64,000 bases of DNA. It comes from a virus. Under the pieces are notes generated by a model. That model saw only the letters and a list, made by a program, of their open reading frames with translations. It had not been told where the DNA came from and ran no database searches. Positions within the stretch are counted from its first letter, which is position 1, and every line of letters starts with the position of its first letter. The stretch is taken from the IMG/VR virus record IMGVR_UViG_3300045988_154312, positions 165,889 to 229,888 of that record. One strand, written 5' to 3'. The position numbers and the translations under genes are program-made. This document shows, one piece after another, positions 35,240 through 45,336 of the stretch.

Positions 35240-35581
35240 ATGCGAAATATAGATTTAATTCGTAACTATAACAAAATCCAAGATATTGTCGCTATCTTTA
35301 ATAGCATTAAAGTAAGTCGTCGAGCAGTATTCGGTGAAGAAATTATGAAAAAACAAACTATTAATGTCGAATTAGGCAAATTGTTTGTTAAACATAAAGT
35401 ACTTGACGATTATCCTGTCTTTAAAATTCTTGTAAAATTACTTGTCGCATGCTATAATAACCCAGAAGAAACAAACATCTCTGAGCTTAAGATTACAAAC
35501 GATCTTACAGACGATGAAATTAAAGAAATTTACGATAGCTTAGAAGAACAAATTAAAGAAAATCCAGGTATTTTCGCATGA
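35240..35581 (+). CDS. hypothetical protein
   Basis: 113-aa ORF; ggaggt SD. Confidence 0.6.
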   Translation: MRNIDLIRNYNKIQDIVAIFNSIKVSRRAVFGEEIMKKQTINVELGKLFVKHKVLDDYPVFKILVKLLVACYNNPEETNISELKITNDLTDDEIKEIYDSLEEQIKENPGIFA

Positions 35582-35874
35582 ATTTAACTGTAAATCAGAT
35601 CTTGAGTTTAGACGATCCTGAAGAGTATATTCGTGGTCTATTCGTTCGACTATGTATTATTAACTATCGTATAAAACAAAAAGGATTGACTAAAGAAGAC
35701 CAATACGAAGTCATGCAATTAATCGAAAGTATCGCTAATACGGTCGGATACAAAGAAGAAATTCTTAATAAGTGTATCGATATTTTTAGCGTTACGATGA
35801 ATATGCATCATGACTTCTATTTATCTTGGGACTTGGTCGATGAATATTTGAAGGACAAAGTAAAATTATTATGA
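35578..35874 (+). CDS. hypothetical protein
   Basis: 98-aa ORF; ATGA coupling. Confidence 0.6.
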   Translation: MNLTVNQILSLDDPEEYIRGLFVRLCIINYRIKQKGLTKEDQYEVMQLIESIANTVGYKEEILNKCIDIFSVTMNMHHDFYLSWDLVDEYLKDKVKLL

Positions 35875-36302
35875 TTTTTATAAAGGAAAATGTTCTGAAA
35901 CATGTCGACAAAATGGTCGAAGATTTAAACTTTCCAGAACAAATCGGAAGTTTACAAGAATTAAAAGAAATTATTACGCAGGCAATTAATTATAGTACAA
36001 GTAAAGATCGATCAGAACAATTGTATTTTAGCCTAAATGAAAAACGATTAATTCTATCGATTGATGAGCAGAATTTAGGCACATTCTATTCGGAAGAAGC
36101 AGATATGCCAATTATCTGGACAGAAATCGAAGATTTTGTACCGTCGCCACATGAAGACGATCAATATACTTATGTAAGTACAGTATACGAGACTATTATC
36201 ATTAGTGATAAATTAAAGCCATTGATTGTTGGCCTATTTTTAGATATTAGTTCAGTGTTACCAGTTAATTATATTAGGAGTTTTAAATATGAATGTAAAT
36301 AA
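35871..36302 (+). CDS. hypothetical protein
   Basis: 143-aa ORF; ATGA coupling. Confidence 0.6.
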   Translation: MIFIKENVLKHVDKMVEDLNFPEQIGSLQELKEIITQAINYSTSKDRSEQLYFSLNEKRLILSIDEQNLGTFYSEEADMPIIWTEIEDFVPSPHEDDQYTYVSTVYETIIISDKLKPLIVGLFLDISSVLPVNYIRSFKYECK

Positions 36303-36765
36303 AGCTATTAAAGAAATTAATAATGCACTGACTAATACGGTCGTCGAGATTTATGGAGACAGCGGATCTGGAAAAAGTTATATTGCAGATAAAGTTGCCG
36401 AAACAAAAGATTTTGCTTTGCTAATCGATAGTCTTATGCAACGTACAGAAGGTCAGTATTATATTATTCAATCCAACAAATTGGAAGATGCCGAAGAATT
36501 AATTAAAGATTTTGACTTAATTGTTATCGATGACTTCTTCCAATTGGCTGGTGATCCTAGGAGCAATATTTACAAATTACAAGAATGGGTTTATAATAAT
36601 AGAAAGTTGTCAATTATTTTAATTAATCAGATTCGTGCAAATTTTAATGAACGACGTCCAGAAAAATTTGTTCCGTATGCTGATTATTTATTACAACGTT
36701 ACGCCGATCGGAGATTCTATACAGAATTCAAAAATGGCGAATATGTAATTACTCAAGTTAAATGA
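36289..36765 (+). CDS. small P-loop NTPase (core-only RecA/Sak4-like, AAA_24-type)
   Basis: Walker A GDSGSGKS; Walker B-like LIVIDDF. Confidence 0.5.
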   Translation: MNVNKAIKEINNALTNTVVEIYGDSGSGKSYIADKVAETKDFALLIDSLMQRTEGQYYIIQSNKLEDAEELIKDFDLIVIDDFFQLAGDPRSNIYKLQEWVYNNRKLSIILINQIRANFNERRPEKFVPYADYLLQRYADRRFYTEFKNGEYVITQVK

Positions 36766-36774
36766 GGTGAACCT

Positions 36775-37371
36775 ATGATTATTGTAATTTCTGGCCCGAG
36801 TGGTAGTGGCAAAAGTACGCTTGCCGGCTTATTCGAAGTTAAAGGTTTTAAACGTATCGTAACCTCGACTAATCGCGATCGTCGATTAAACGATCCAGAA
36901 GGTCAATATTATTTCGTTCCGAAAGAAGAATGGAACGACGACGATTATATTTGTGTTACTAATTATGGTGGCAATAAATATGGTATTGATAAAGGTTATT
37001 TCGACGAGATTAATAAAGACTTAAATTATATTGTCGTATTAGACGAGCCAGGTCTTAAAGAACTAAAAGAATATTATGACAATGTATATGGTTTTTATTT
37101 AAATGTTGTCGAAAAGACTTGTCGTGAACGCATGGCTCAACGTGGTGATGCTGCTGACAATATCGAGAAAAGAATTGCTTATGATAAAGAGCATGATCGT
37201 TTTAATTATTTAATTGACGACGACGATTTATACGATCAAGCATTCTTTGGCGAAGAACATCCGTCAGTTATCATGCGTCAGATCATGGATTATTTTAATA
37301 ATAATCCAGATAGCGAAGAAACGATCGACGAAGGCGAAGAAATTCTTGCTATGCTACATAAACAAAAATAA
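36775..37371 (+). CDS. gmk: guanylate kinase-like protein
   Basis: ISGPSGSGKSTL ... TSTNRDRR..PEGQYYFV..EEW ... YG ... RGD..DNIEKRI. Confidence 0.7.
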   Translation: MIIVISGPSGSGKSTLAGLFEVKGFKRIVTSTNRDRRLNDPEGQYYFVPKEEWNDDDYICVTNYGGNKYGIDKGYFDEINKDLNYIVVLDEPGLKELKEYYDNVYGFYLNVVEKTCRERMAQRGDAADNIEKRIAYDKEHDRFNYLIDDDDLYDQAFFGEEHPSVIMRQIMDYFNNNPDSEETIDEGEEILAMLHKQK

Positions 37372-37382
37372 ATAATATATAA

Positions 37383-37407
37383 AGCCCCTTTTATAGGGGC
37401 TATTTTT
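37383..37407 (+). terminator. rho-independent terminator
   Basis: agcccct-tttat-aggggct plus a T-run. Confidence 0.8.
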
Positions 37408-37420
37408 AATGGAGGAAGTA

Positions 37421-38137
37421 ATGGCATATTCTGATAAAATCGAACAGGCTGCTGTAATTTTATTTGATAAACGTGATGATCGTAATAAATTAAGCCTGCG
37501 TATTCGTGACCTATGTAATATGGATTGGTCAACCGAAACATTTACGTCATTCTCTGCTATGTGTGCTATCGAAATGTCTAAAAAGCATTATTGGGCTAAA
37601 GATTGGTCTAATATGAATTCATTGCATATGGCACGTATTTGGTGTATTCTAAATGCCGACGGTGCTACGTTAAGAGAACGTATCGATAATGCTGGCTTTA
37701 CAGGCCAAAAAATTAACGAGATGATTATCGAAGGTGGCGGGACATTACGAAAACAAAAATTTGATATAACTATTCGTAATAGTGAATGCTTTAATAGTAC
37801 TGAAATTAAATTATTAGAAGCTATTAATAGTAGAACTAAAAATAAACGTTTAGCGTCGATGCGTGAAAAGATCACGCCAGAACATCGTGAATTGGCTACG
37901 AAGCATCGTTTAGAAACTCATCAGTATGCTAAACATAAGGAAATTGCAAACAAAACTTTAAAAGAAGCAGTTAAAACTGTTAAAGAAATTAAGAAGCCAG
38001 CTCCACGATATGTTACATATAAATGTATCGTTATCGATAGTAAAAAAAGTAAATTTGATAATATTGTCAATGCAATAAAATTAATTTTGAGTGGTAATTT
38101 TAAGGAAGTAAAGGAAGAAGTCCGTGAGTGTAATTAA
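37421..38137 (+). CDS. hypothetical protein
   Basis: ATG at 37421 preceded by ggagga, within ORF 37409..38137. Confidence 0.6.
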   Translation: MAYSDKIEQAAVILFDKRDDRNKLSLRIRDLCNMDWSTETFTSFSAMCAIEMSKKHYWAKDWSNMNSLHMARIWCILNADGATLRERIDNAGFTGQKINEMIIEGGGTLRKQKFDITIRNSECFNSTEIKLLEAINSRTKNKRLASMREKITPEHRELATKHRLETHQYAKHKEIANKTLKEAVKTVKEIKKPAPRYVTYKCIVIDSKKSKFDNIVNAIKLILSGNFKEVKEEVRECN

Positions 38138-38693
38138 AGATAATGACGGTGTTCGCATCGGTATTTTTGATAAAATGCTCGAAGAACGAGTATTATTTAT
38201 CGTCGGAGAGATTAATGACGAGTTAGCAAATTCTATCGTTGCCCATTTGTTATATCTTAATAGTAAAGATAGCCGTAAACCAATTACATTGTATATTAAT
38301 AGTCCTGGCGGTGTGATTACTTCCGGATTCGCTATCTATGATACGATGAAATTAGTTAAAGCACCAGTTCATACTATCGGTTATGGTATGTGTGCTAGTA
38401 TGGCTAGTTTTCTATTAAGTATGGGTGATAAACGTAGTGTATTGCCTAATACATGTGTAATGATTCATCAACCATTGGGTGGCGCACAAGGTCAACAGAC
38501 CGAAATCGAAATCACATATAAACGTATCACATCTCTTCGTGAGAAATTTGAAAAGATGTATGCCGAAAAATCTAACGGCAAATCTTCTTATAAGCAAATT
38601 CACGAAGCTTGTGAACGTGATAATTATCTCGATGCTAAAGAAGCACTAGATATGGGTTTAGTCGATGAAATTATCGGAGGTGAAGACGAATAA
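38124..38693 (+). CDS. clpP: ATP-dependent Clp protease proteolytic subunit ClpP
   Basis: GTG start; INSPGGVITSGFAIYDTM, GMCASMASFLL (Ser) and VMIHQPLGG (His) motifs. Confidence 0.9.
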   Translation: MSVIKDNDGVRIGIFDKMLEERVLFIVGEINDELANSIVAHLLYLNSKDSRKPITLYINSPGGVITSGFAIYDTMKLVKAPVHTIGYGMCASMASFLLSMGDKRSVLPNTCVMIHQPLGGAQGQQTEIEITYKRITSLREKFEKMYAEKSNGKSSYKQIHEACERDNYLDAKEALDMGLVDEIIGGEDE

Positions 38694-39988
38694 TGAAATG
38701 TTCATTTTGTGGTAAAGACATCAACGATAATGAAAATAATCGAGTGACCTTTAGTTCTTCTGTAGACGAAAATATTTTCATCTGCCAAGATTGCGTTGAA
38801 AATATGAGTATTCAGTTGGTCGAAGATAATCCAGATTTAAATTTTGGTGTTAACTTGGAAGAAGATTTTGGTCTCGAAGATACACCAAAACCAAAGGTTA
38901 AAAAATCTAAATTATTACCTTCACAAATTAAAGAATATTTAGACGAAAGTGTAATTAATCAAGATTATGCTAAGAAAATTTTAAGTGTAGCTGTAGCTAA
39001 TCATACTAAGCTATTAGAATATAATGCACTTAAAAAAGAAAAAACTGGTATCGATGTAGAGAAATCGAACCTTTTACTTTTGGGCAAAACGGGATCGGGT
39101 AAGACATGGATAATTAAACAAATTTCTAAATATTTAAAACGTCCTTGTGTTATTGCCGACGCGAGTAGCCTTACAAAAAGCGGATTCGTGGGGGAAGATG
39201 TAAATAGCATAATTGCAAAATTATACAGAGAAGCTGGCGAAGACGTTTCGAAGACTGAACAAGGAATTGTGTACATCGATGAAATCGATAAGATTGCTGC
39301 TCGAGATCCTGAAAACGCAGGTGCTCAAGGTAGTGATATCGGTGGTCGAGATGTGCAATATGAATTATTAAAACTTGTTGAAGGTGGCAAGGTTGCTATT
39401 AAAACAGGTGGTATGTTAGGTCAAGGTTCGACAGTCGAAATCGATACGACAAATATTCTATTTATTTGTGGCGGTGCCTTTACCGGTATTGAAAAAAAGA
39501 TTGCCGAACGTTTAAATAAGTCGATCGATAACGGTTTCGGCTTTACAAATGTAAAGTCCGAAAACGAAATTCAAGATGAAATCACTTACAACGGTTTAAT
39601 CGATAATATCTTGCCAGAAGATTTAAGTAACTTCGGTATTATTCCAGAGTTATTGGGTCGATTACCAGTGATTTGTCCGTTAAAAGAATTAAGTATCGAA
39701 GATTTAGAAAATATTTTAACACAACCTAAGCATGCTATCTTTAAACAATTAAAAGAATTAGTAAGCATGTATGGTGTCGAATTAGAATTTGATGACGATA
39801 CGATTCATACGATTGCTAAATTAGCTTATGAACGTAAAACTGGTGCTCGTGCACTACGAAGTGTATGTGAAGCATTAGTCGACGATAAGATTTTCGAGAT
39901 CACTCCGAAGACTAAGAAAATTAAAATTACTAAGGAAGATGTCGAAAAGAAATTTGAATTTTATCTAAAGAAGGAGGAAAATGAATAG
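38693..39988 (+). CDS. clpX: ClpX ATPase/unfoldase
   Basis: N-terminal CSFCGK...CQDC zinc finger; Walker A LLLGKTGSGKT; Walker B IVYIDEIDK; GRLPV and ARALR motifs. Confidence 0.9.
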   Translation: MKCSFCGKDINDNENNRVTFSSSVDENIFICQDCVENMSIQLVEDNPDLNFGVNLEEDFGLEDTPKPKVKKSKLLPSQIKEYLDESVINQDYAKKILSVAVANHTKLLEYNALKKEKTGIDVEKSNLLLLGKTGSGKTWIIKQISKYLKRPCVIADASSLTKSGFVGEDVNSIIAKLYREAGEDVSKTEQGIVYIDEIDKIAARDPENAGAQGSDIGGRDVQYELLKLVEGGKVAIKTGGMLGQGSTVEIDTTNILFICGGAFTGIEKKIAERLNKSIDNGFGFTNVKSENEIQDEITYNGLIDNILPEDLSNFGIIPELLGRLPVICPLKELSIEDLENILTQPKHAIFKQLKELVSMYGVELEFDDDTIHTIAKLAYERKTGARALRSVCEALVDDKIFEITPKTKKIKITKEDVEKKFEFYLKKEENE

Positions 39989-40843
39989 ATGTACGATTTA
40001 GTATCTATCATCGAAGCAGCATTAATTACAGCAGCTGATAAGATGGCTAATAATATCGATAAATTAAATGTCGATGAGATTAGACTGCTTCATGAAATGT
40101 ATATTGCCGGTACTATCGAAAAACTTCAACAAAAGCTTGTTGCCGAAAATAATCAGGAACCAGCAGTTGAAAAAGAAACTAAAGAAACTGTATCGGAAAT
40201 CATAACGGCTAACAAAGAAGTTAAAGAAGAAAAACCTAAAGCTAAGCGTGGTCGTCCTAAATCAAAAGCTAAAGAAGAAGACGTGCCTGTAACAGATTTC
40301 GAAGGTAATGTATTGCCTCCAGAAAAATTAGCTAAAGGTAGCGAAGATAAAGTTCATGATGAAGAACCAGCTTTCGTACCCAGTAAAGCAGAAGTTAAAC
40401 CTGAAGTTGTTGTCGAAGAAACTTCTGCAACTGAAGAAGCAACAAAACCTTTAGAGTTTAACGAAGCTCAATTAGATTGTTATGTGTCTGAATTTAAACG
40501 TGAAGAAACATTTGAATCTAATCCAGAAGCAAAAGCTAAACTTACGCCTCAACGTAAGAAAATTAATGCTTTCGTAAAAGAAGCCGAAGGCAATAAGGCA
40601 TTATTACGTAAATATTTTGACGAGATCTTAGACGACGCCGACAAAGGTATGTCGTTTAAAGAAATTACGCCTTTCTATGTCGATAATTTAGCGCATTATT
40701 TAACGTTGCGTGAAGAATTAGCACGTTATAACGAAGATCAAATTGTCGAAAAGATGAAAGAAATTTCTGGCGGAGTGTTGCACGATATCTCTCAATTGAA
40801 TCGCTATAATATCGAAGCCATTTTAACAGTTCTTAAAGCATAA
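39989..40843 (+). CDS. hypothetical Lys/Glu-rich protein with an AT-hook-like KRGRPK
   Basis: 284-aa ORF; KPKAKRGRPKSKAKEE. Confidence 0.6.
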   Translation: MYDLVSIIEAALITAADKMANNIDKLNVDEIRLLHEMYIAGTIEKLQQKLVAENNQEPAVEKETKETVSEIITANKEVKEEKPKAKRGRPKSKAKEEDVPVTDFEGNVLPPEKLAKGSEDKVHDEEPAFVPSKAEVKPEVVVEETSATEEATKPLEFNEAQLDCYVSEFKREETFESNPEAKAKLTPQRKKINAFVKEAEGNKALLRKYFDEILDDADKGMSFKEITPFYVDNLAHYLTLREELARYNEDQIVEKMKEISGGVLHDISQLNRYNIEAILTVLKA

Positions 40844-40898
40844 TATATGCTTAAGATATATTTTAAATAATTTTATTTAAGAAAAGGAGACAATTAAC

Positions 40899-41333
40899 AT
40901 GTCTATGAACAAATTGATTTTACAAGGTCGTATTCCTGCAAGCGAAAAATTCCGTTTTGACGTTCGTTTCGGCGATGGCGAAAATGAACGTTCTTTTGCT
41001 AATTTTCAAATGTCTGTACGCCGTAATTGGAAACCAAAAGACGAACAATATTATCCTGAAGATATCTTTAATGTAGTAGCTTATGGTCCTAATGCTGACA
41101 TTATTGGTAAACACGTAAAACGTGGCGAAGAATTTTTGATTGCTTGTCATTTACAAAATAGAACATACGAAGACAAAAATGGTAATACTGTTTATACTAA
41201 TGATATTATTGTCGACGAATTCTATTTTGAAGATCATCGTTCTGGTGGTAATAGCCAATCTAATTTCGATAATTTTGACGATGCACCAGCTAATAACACA
41301 ACAGACGATGACGACGACGTTCTCGACATCTAA
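40899..41333 (+). CDS. ssb: single-stranded DNA-binding protein
   Basis: OB-fold SSB pattern; acidic tail DDDDDVLDI; aaggag SD. Confidence 0.85.
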   Translation: MSMNKLILQGRIPASEKFRFDVRFGDGENERSFANFQMSVRRNWKPKDEQYYPEDIFNVVAYGPNADIIGKHVKRGEEFLIACHLQNRTYEDKNGNTVYTNDIIVDEFYFEDHRSGGNSQSNFDNFDDAPANNTTDDDDDVLDI

Positions 41334-41362
41334 TTGTTAAATTAGCCATCGTATGGTATAAT
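41334..41362 (+). promoter_or_regulatory. sigma70-like promoter with an extended -10
   Basis: TTGTTA, 17-nt spacer, (TGg)TATAAT; followed by hairpin agtggg...cccact plus a T-run at about 41366-41398. Confidence 0.5.
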
Positions 41363-41420
41363 TGTAGTGGGTATACATATTGTGTGCCCACTATTTTTAT
41401 TATATTTACGAGGTGTGCTT

Positions 41421-41801
41421 ATGGATCAATTAGAGCATATTGATTCCCAGATTCAAGACTGGGAAAAGTTTTTTAAATTAGATAATGAACTTAGAAGTAA
41501 CTTAAATCAAATTTCAGAATATGTCGGAGAAAAACTTGCTAAAGGCAAATTTGGCGAACCTATTCAGGTCGAATTCGACGACAAAATATTCCAGTTTGTA
41601 TTTAGAGTTGGTACTTCTGGTTTACGTGGTCGTGTCGATTCTTATATTGCTAATAGTAAATTATTAGTAAAACCTAGAGGCTTTAAAGCACAAGTCGATT
41701 TTAACCAAGACGTATCATTAGCCGAGACGATTGGCGAAACGGCTCGAGGTATTTTGTATCGTTATTATGATTTGATCGACGACGAAGATCACGTATATTA
41801 G
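41421..41801 (+). CDS. hypothetical protein
   Basis: ATG at 41421 after gaggtg, within ORF 41367..41801. Confidence 0.6.
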   Translation: MDQLEHIDSQIQDWEKFFKLDNELRSNLNQISEYVGEKLAKGKFGEPIQVEFDDKIFQFVFRVGTSGLRGRVDSYIANSKLLVKPRGFKAQVDFNQDVSLAETIGETARGILYRYYDLIDDEDHVY

Positions 41802-41809
41802 GTGTTTAT

Positions 41810-42748
41810 ATGTTTAAAAATATGATTTGCGGTCTACGTAATTATCTTAAGAATACTTATAATAATAACGTCGACGCACAATATTTAAGTATTTTAACTA
41901 ATATTATTGCTAATGGTACTCGCAAAGAAAACCGTACAGGTACTGCTGCGTATAGTATTCCGCATCAGCGTATGTCTTTTGATTTATCAAAAGAATTCCC
42001 GCTGCTGACAAGTAAATTTGTCGGTCTTAAAACAGCGACGAAAGAAATGTTATGGATTTGGCAAGATAAATCTAACGACGTTAATTTATTAAATAAGAAA
42101 TACGGCGTTAAGATATGGGACGAATGGAAACGTACTGACGGTACTATCGGTAAGGCATATGGTTATCAGTTAGCAAAACAATATAAGTATTTTGACGTCG
42201 ATGCTGAAAATGCTTTTAAACTTAAAAAAGAAGGCAAAATTAGTGATTATCGTGTCGGTAAAAATGGCGAAATCTATATGGATCAGGTCGATAAATTAAT
42301 TTACGATTTACATTATAATCGCGATAGTCGACGTATGGTCGTTAGTTTGTGGAATGTCGAAGATCTTAACGATATGGCATTACAACCATGTGCATTTTTA
42401 ACCGAATGGAATGTTACCGATGGTAAATTACATTGTCTACTCAATCTCAGATCGAGCGACTGGTGCATTGGGAGCCCCTATAATATAGCACAATATGCAA
42501 TGTTAGTATTGGTATTAGCTAAAACTAGTGGATTAAAACCTGGTAAGTTTACCGTTATGATTAACGACTGTCACGTGTATGAGAATCATCTAAAAGGTGC
42601 TGTTCAGCAATTAGCTAATAAGACATATGCATTACCAAAAGTAACATTAAAAGAAGGCTTCGACAGTTTTTATGAATTCGATGCTGACTGTTTTGAAGTT
42701 AAAAATTATAAACATAGTGGCAAAATCGAATTTGAGGTTGCCGTATGA
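41810..42748 (+). CDS. thyA: thymidylate synthase (ThyA type)
   Basis: NRTGT, FPLLTSK, EMLWIW, RRMVVSLWN and LQPCAF (catalytic Cys) motifs. Confidence 0.9.
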   Translation: MFKNMICGLRNYLKNTYNNNVDAQYLSILTNIIANGTRKENRTGTAAYSIPHQRMSFDLSKEFPLLTSKFVGLKTATKEMLWIWQDKSNDVNLLNKKYGVKIWDEWKRTDGTIGKAYGYQLAKQYKYFDVDAENAFKLKKEGKISDYRVGKNGEIYMDQVDKLIYDLHYNRDSRRMVVSLWNVEDLNDMALQPCAFLTEWNVTDGKLHCLLNLRSSDWCIGSPYNIAQYAMLVLVLAKTSGLKPGKFTVMINDCHVYENHLKGAVQQLANKTYALPKVTLKEGFDSFYEFDADCFEVKNYKHSGKIEFEVAV

Positions 42749-43221
42749 TTAATATAATCGTTTGTAAAAATAACTTCGATTATATCGGTAAAGATAATAA
42801 AATGTTATATCACATCCCAAAGGATTTAGCATTTTTTAAACGAAAAACCGTTAACCATGTAATTATAATGGGCAGAAAAACATTTGAAAGTTTACCTGGT
42901 TTATTACCTAACCGTGAACATTGGGTTATTACCAGAGATCCGAGTTTTAACAAAGCTCGTTCATTTAATAGTATCGATGACGTTCTAGAGGCCATCGATC
43001 AAAATGTAGACTATTATATTATTGGTGGCGGTGAAATATATAAACAATTTATGCCATATGCCGATTCTTTATATATAACAGAAGTCGATGATTTTAAAGT
43101 AGGCGACGTTAGATTTCCGTCGATCGACATGACAAAATGGCATTTATCTGTTTCGCGTATCGATATCGATGAAAAATCTAACTTAACTCTACAATTTAAG
43201 AAATATTTACGAAAGGGCTAA
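42745..43221 (+). CDS. folA: dihydrofolate reductase
   Basis: IIMGRKTFESLP ... IIGGGEIYKQF ... LYITEV; ATGA coupling to thyA. Confidence 0.85.
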   Translation: MINIIVCKNNFDYIGKDNKMLYHIPKDLAFFKRKTVNHVIIMGRKTFESLPGLLPNREHWVITRDPSFNKARSFNSIDDVLEAIDQNVDYYIIGGGEIYKQFMPYADSLYITEVDDFKVGDVRFPSIDMTKWHLSVSRIDIDEKSNLTLQFKKYLRKG

Positions 43222-43226
43222 ACCTT

Positions 43227-43811
43227 GTGAATAATTTCATTAATATTGCCGGAACGTTATGTGATATAAAAAAATCACATACCGAACGTTCTGGCCAAGA
43301 TATATATTCTGCTAATGTTAGCATGAATATTGAAAAGAAACATATTAAAGTACCTGTTCAATTTAAAGATAATGTTAAACAGGTCTATAATTTAAAAGAA
43401 GATTCACACGTAAATCTTTACGGTGAATTGCGAACAAAAAATCTTAAACAAGATAATGACAAAAGTAAATTAAGCGTATTTGCTTTTATTACACAAGGTA
43501 ATCGGCAAGTTAATAATTATAACGAAGTTGTATTAACTGGTTTTATTTGTAAAAAGAGTAAAATTATCAATAAAAAAAGTCATAATATCTGTAGCGTGAT
43601 CATTGCTGTTAAACGTAATAACGATACGGTTCATGATTTTATTCCTTGTGTCGGTCATAACTTAAATGCTAATCTATTTCGAGATATGAAGTTACGAACT
43701 AATATTAAAGTTATCGGTAAATTTGTTAATCGAGAATATTACGATCATAAAGAACAATGTACGAAAACGACTTACGAAGTTCTCGTAAAAGATATTCAGG
43801 TGTTACCATGA
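43227..43811 (+). CDS. hypothetical protein (possibly OB-fold/SSB-like)
   Basis: GTG start; 194 aa; the fold assignment is speculative. Confidence 0.45.
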   Translation: MNNFINIAGTLCDIKKSHTERSGQDIYSANVSMNIEKKHIKVPVQFKDNVKQVYNLKEDSHVNLYGELRTKNLKQDNDKSKLSVFAFITQGNRQVNNYNEVVLTGFICKKSKIINKKSHNICSVIIAVKRNNDTVHDFIPCVGHNLNANLFRDMKLRTNIKVIGKFVNREYYDHKEQCTKTTYEVLVKDIQVLP

Positions 43812-44557
43812 TCAATCTTCGTAAACCGATCGTACGATTCGAAAAAGATTCGTTATATCGTATAACAAAAGAACCCGATACATATCTTAAAATAGAAAAT
43901 CGTGTATATTATTTCTATACAAGATTAAATAATTATCTTAACTACAATATACATATGAAATACTTAGTCGTTACTAAGCAAGGTTGGTATAAAGTAATTA
44001 GTGGTGAGATGCTCGATATTAAACGAAAACAAAAAATCATCACTTTGTCTAATAATGATGATGAAATTGTGGCAATCGAACCATTATACTCCAATTTATT
44101 CTACGTTGTTACGACTCATAACAAAATTCTTCTTATCGATATCGAGTTCAAACCGATGAACTTACGCACAACACGTGAAAGTGCCGGTAAAAAGAATCTT
44201 GTTAAACTAAGCAACGGCGAAGAAATTAAGCTAGTCCTTAATCGTTTCTACGAACAGGAACTTAATAGCTTGCTTATTATTAACGATCGTGGAGAAATTA
44301 AAGTTATTGACGATGCCCCGCATAGAAGAAAAGGTAATTTGCCAAAACCTATCTCCAAAGATATCCCTATTAAACTTATCGTTCCTTTAAATAAATTAAA
44401 CAATTCGATTATCGGTATCGATAATTATATATATTTATTAAATGAATATGATTTTAAAGATTACGTTAAAAAATATAACGGAATGTTTAAAAAGTATCCT
44501 AAATTTAAAGGAAAAGTATTTACGAACTATGAGCTCGTTAAAGGTGTAACATATTAA
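43808..44557 (+). CDS. hypothetical protein
   Basis: ATG at 43808 (ATGA coupling) within ORF 43757..44557. Confidence 0.6.
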   Translation: MINLRKPIVRFEKDSLYRITKEPDTYLKIENRVYYFYTRLNNYLNYNIHMKYLVVTKQGWYKVISGEMLDIKRKQKIITLSNNDDEIVAIEPLYSNLFYVVTTHNKILLIDIEFKPMNLRTTRESAGKKNLVKLSNGEEIKLVLNRFYEQELNSLLIINDRGEIKVIDDAPHRRKGNLPKPISKDIPIKLIVPLNKLNNSIIGIDNYIYLLNEYDFKDYVKKYNGMFKKYPKFKGKVFTNYELVKGVTY

Positions 44558-44850
44558 TGGACACAACACATTTAGAAACTTCTTTAGCCTCATATGTCGG
44601 TATGTTCTCTCAAACATTACAAGGAACAAATACCGAAAAGAATCAAGCAATTATTAGTACTTTTTTAAAAGTAATTAATAATTTAATGATTGCTGAAGAC
44701 GTACAAAAAGATGTTGCTATTAAACCTATTATTATGTTAGTATTAGAATACTTAGTAGATTATAATAATTTACTTGCTAAAAATGGCAAAGCCGACCAAG
44801 ATGTAGCTACGGCAATTAAAGTACTTAATACTATTTCTAACAGACAATAG
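44557..44850 (+). CDS. hypothetical protein
   Basis: 97-aa ORF. Confidence 0.6.
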   Translation: MDTTHLETSLASYVGMFSQTLQGTNTEKNQAIISTFLKVINNLMIAEDVQKDVAIKPIIMLVLEYLVDYNNLLAKNGKADQDVATAIKVLNTISNRQ

Positions 44851-44859
44851 GAGGTTTAT

Positions 44860-45123
44860 ATGGCAAGAAAAAAAGCAGAAACTATTATCGAAGACAAAGC
44901 CAAAGTAACTGATATCGAACGTAAAAAACGTATCGAACTCGTAATGGCAAATCTTCGCAAAAAAAACGATGGTATTATTGTCGGAAAGCTCAGTGATCCT
45001 GAAGTAAAAGAACAGCTTCACTTTGAATTTATTCCGACACCATCGATTAATTTTAATTCTGCGACTGGCGGAGGTATTCCTAAAGGAAATGTTTGTATTA
45101 TCGCCGGTGCAGAAGATTCGGGT
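44860..45123 (+). CDS. recA: RecA recombinase, exon 1 (ends inside Walker A, ...GAEDSG)
   Basis: aggagg SD; ...GGGIPKGNVCIIAGAEDSG, after which the frame runs into non-RecA sequence and a stop. Confidence 0.8.
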
Positions 45124-45336
45124 AAAATATTTGCCCCTACAATTAGTGATAATTGTATGCAAATTCTGTGATATGCTGGAAAGCCCTATGAGGTAATCAG
45201 CAGGCAGCTTAATCGCGCCCCAACGACTATCCGTAAGGAGTACGCTACAGAAGTAGCGGAAGCGCAGAACATCTTAATTAAGATGATGATATAGTCTACT
45301 CCCCTAATAAATATCGGGAAACCGAGGGTATGAAGG
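45124..45336 (+). ncRNA. ORF-less group I intron (213 nt) in recA
   Basis: P1 pairing gggu/gccc with U-G at the 5-prime splice site; Q/R/S-like blocks taatcagcaggc, ccaacgactatc and gatatagtct; last nt is G; both splice sites are in phase 0. Confidence 0.75.
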
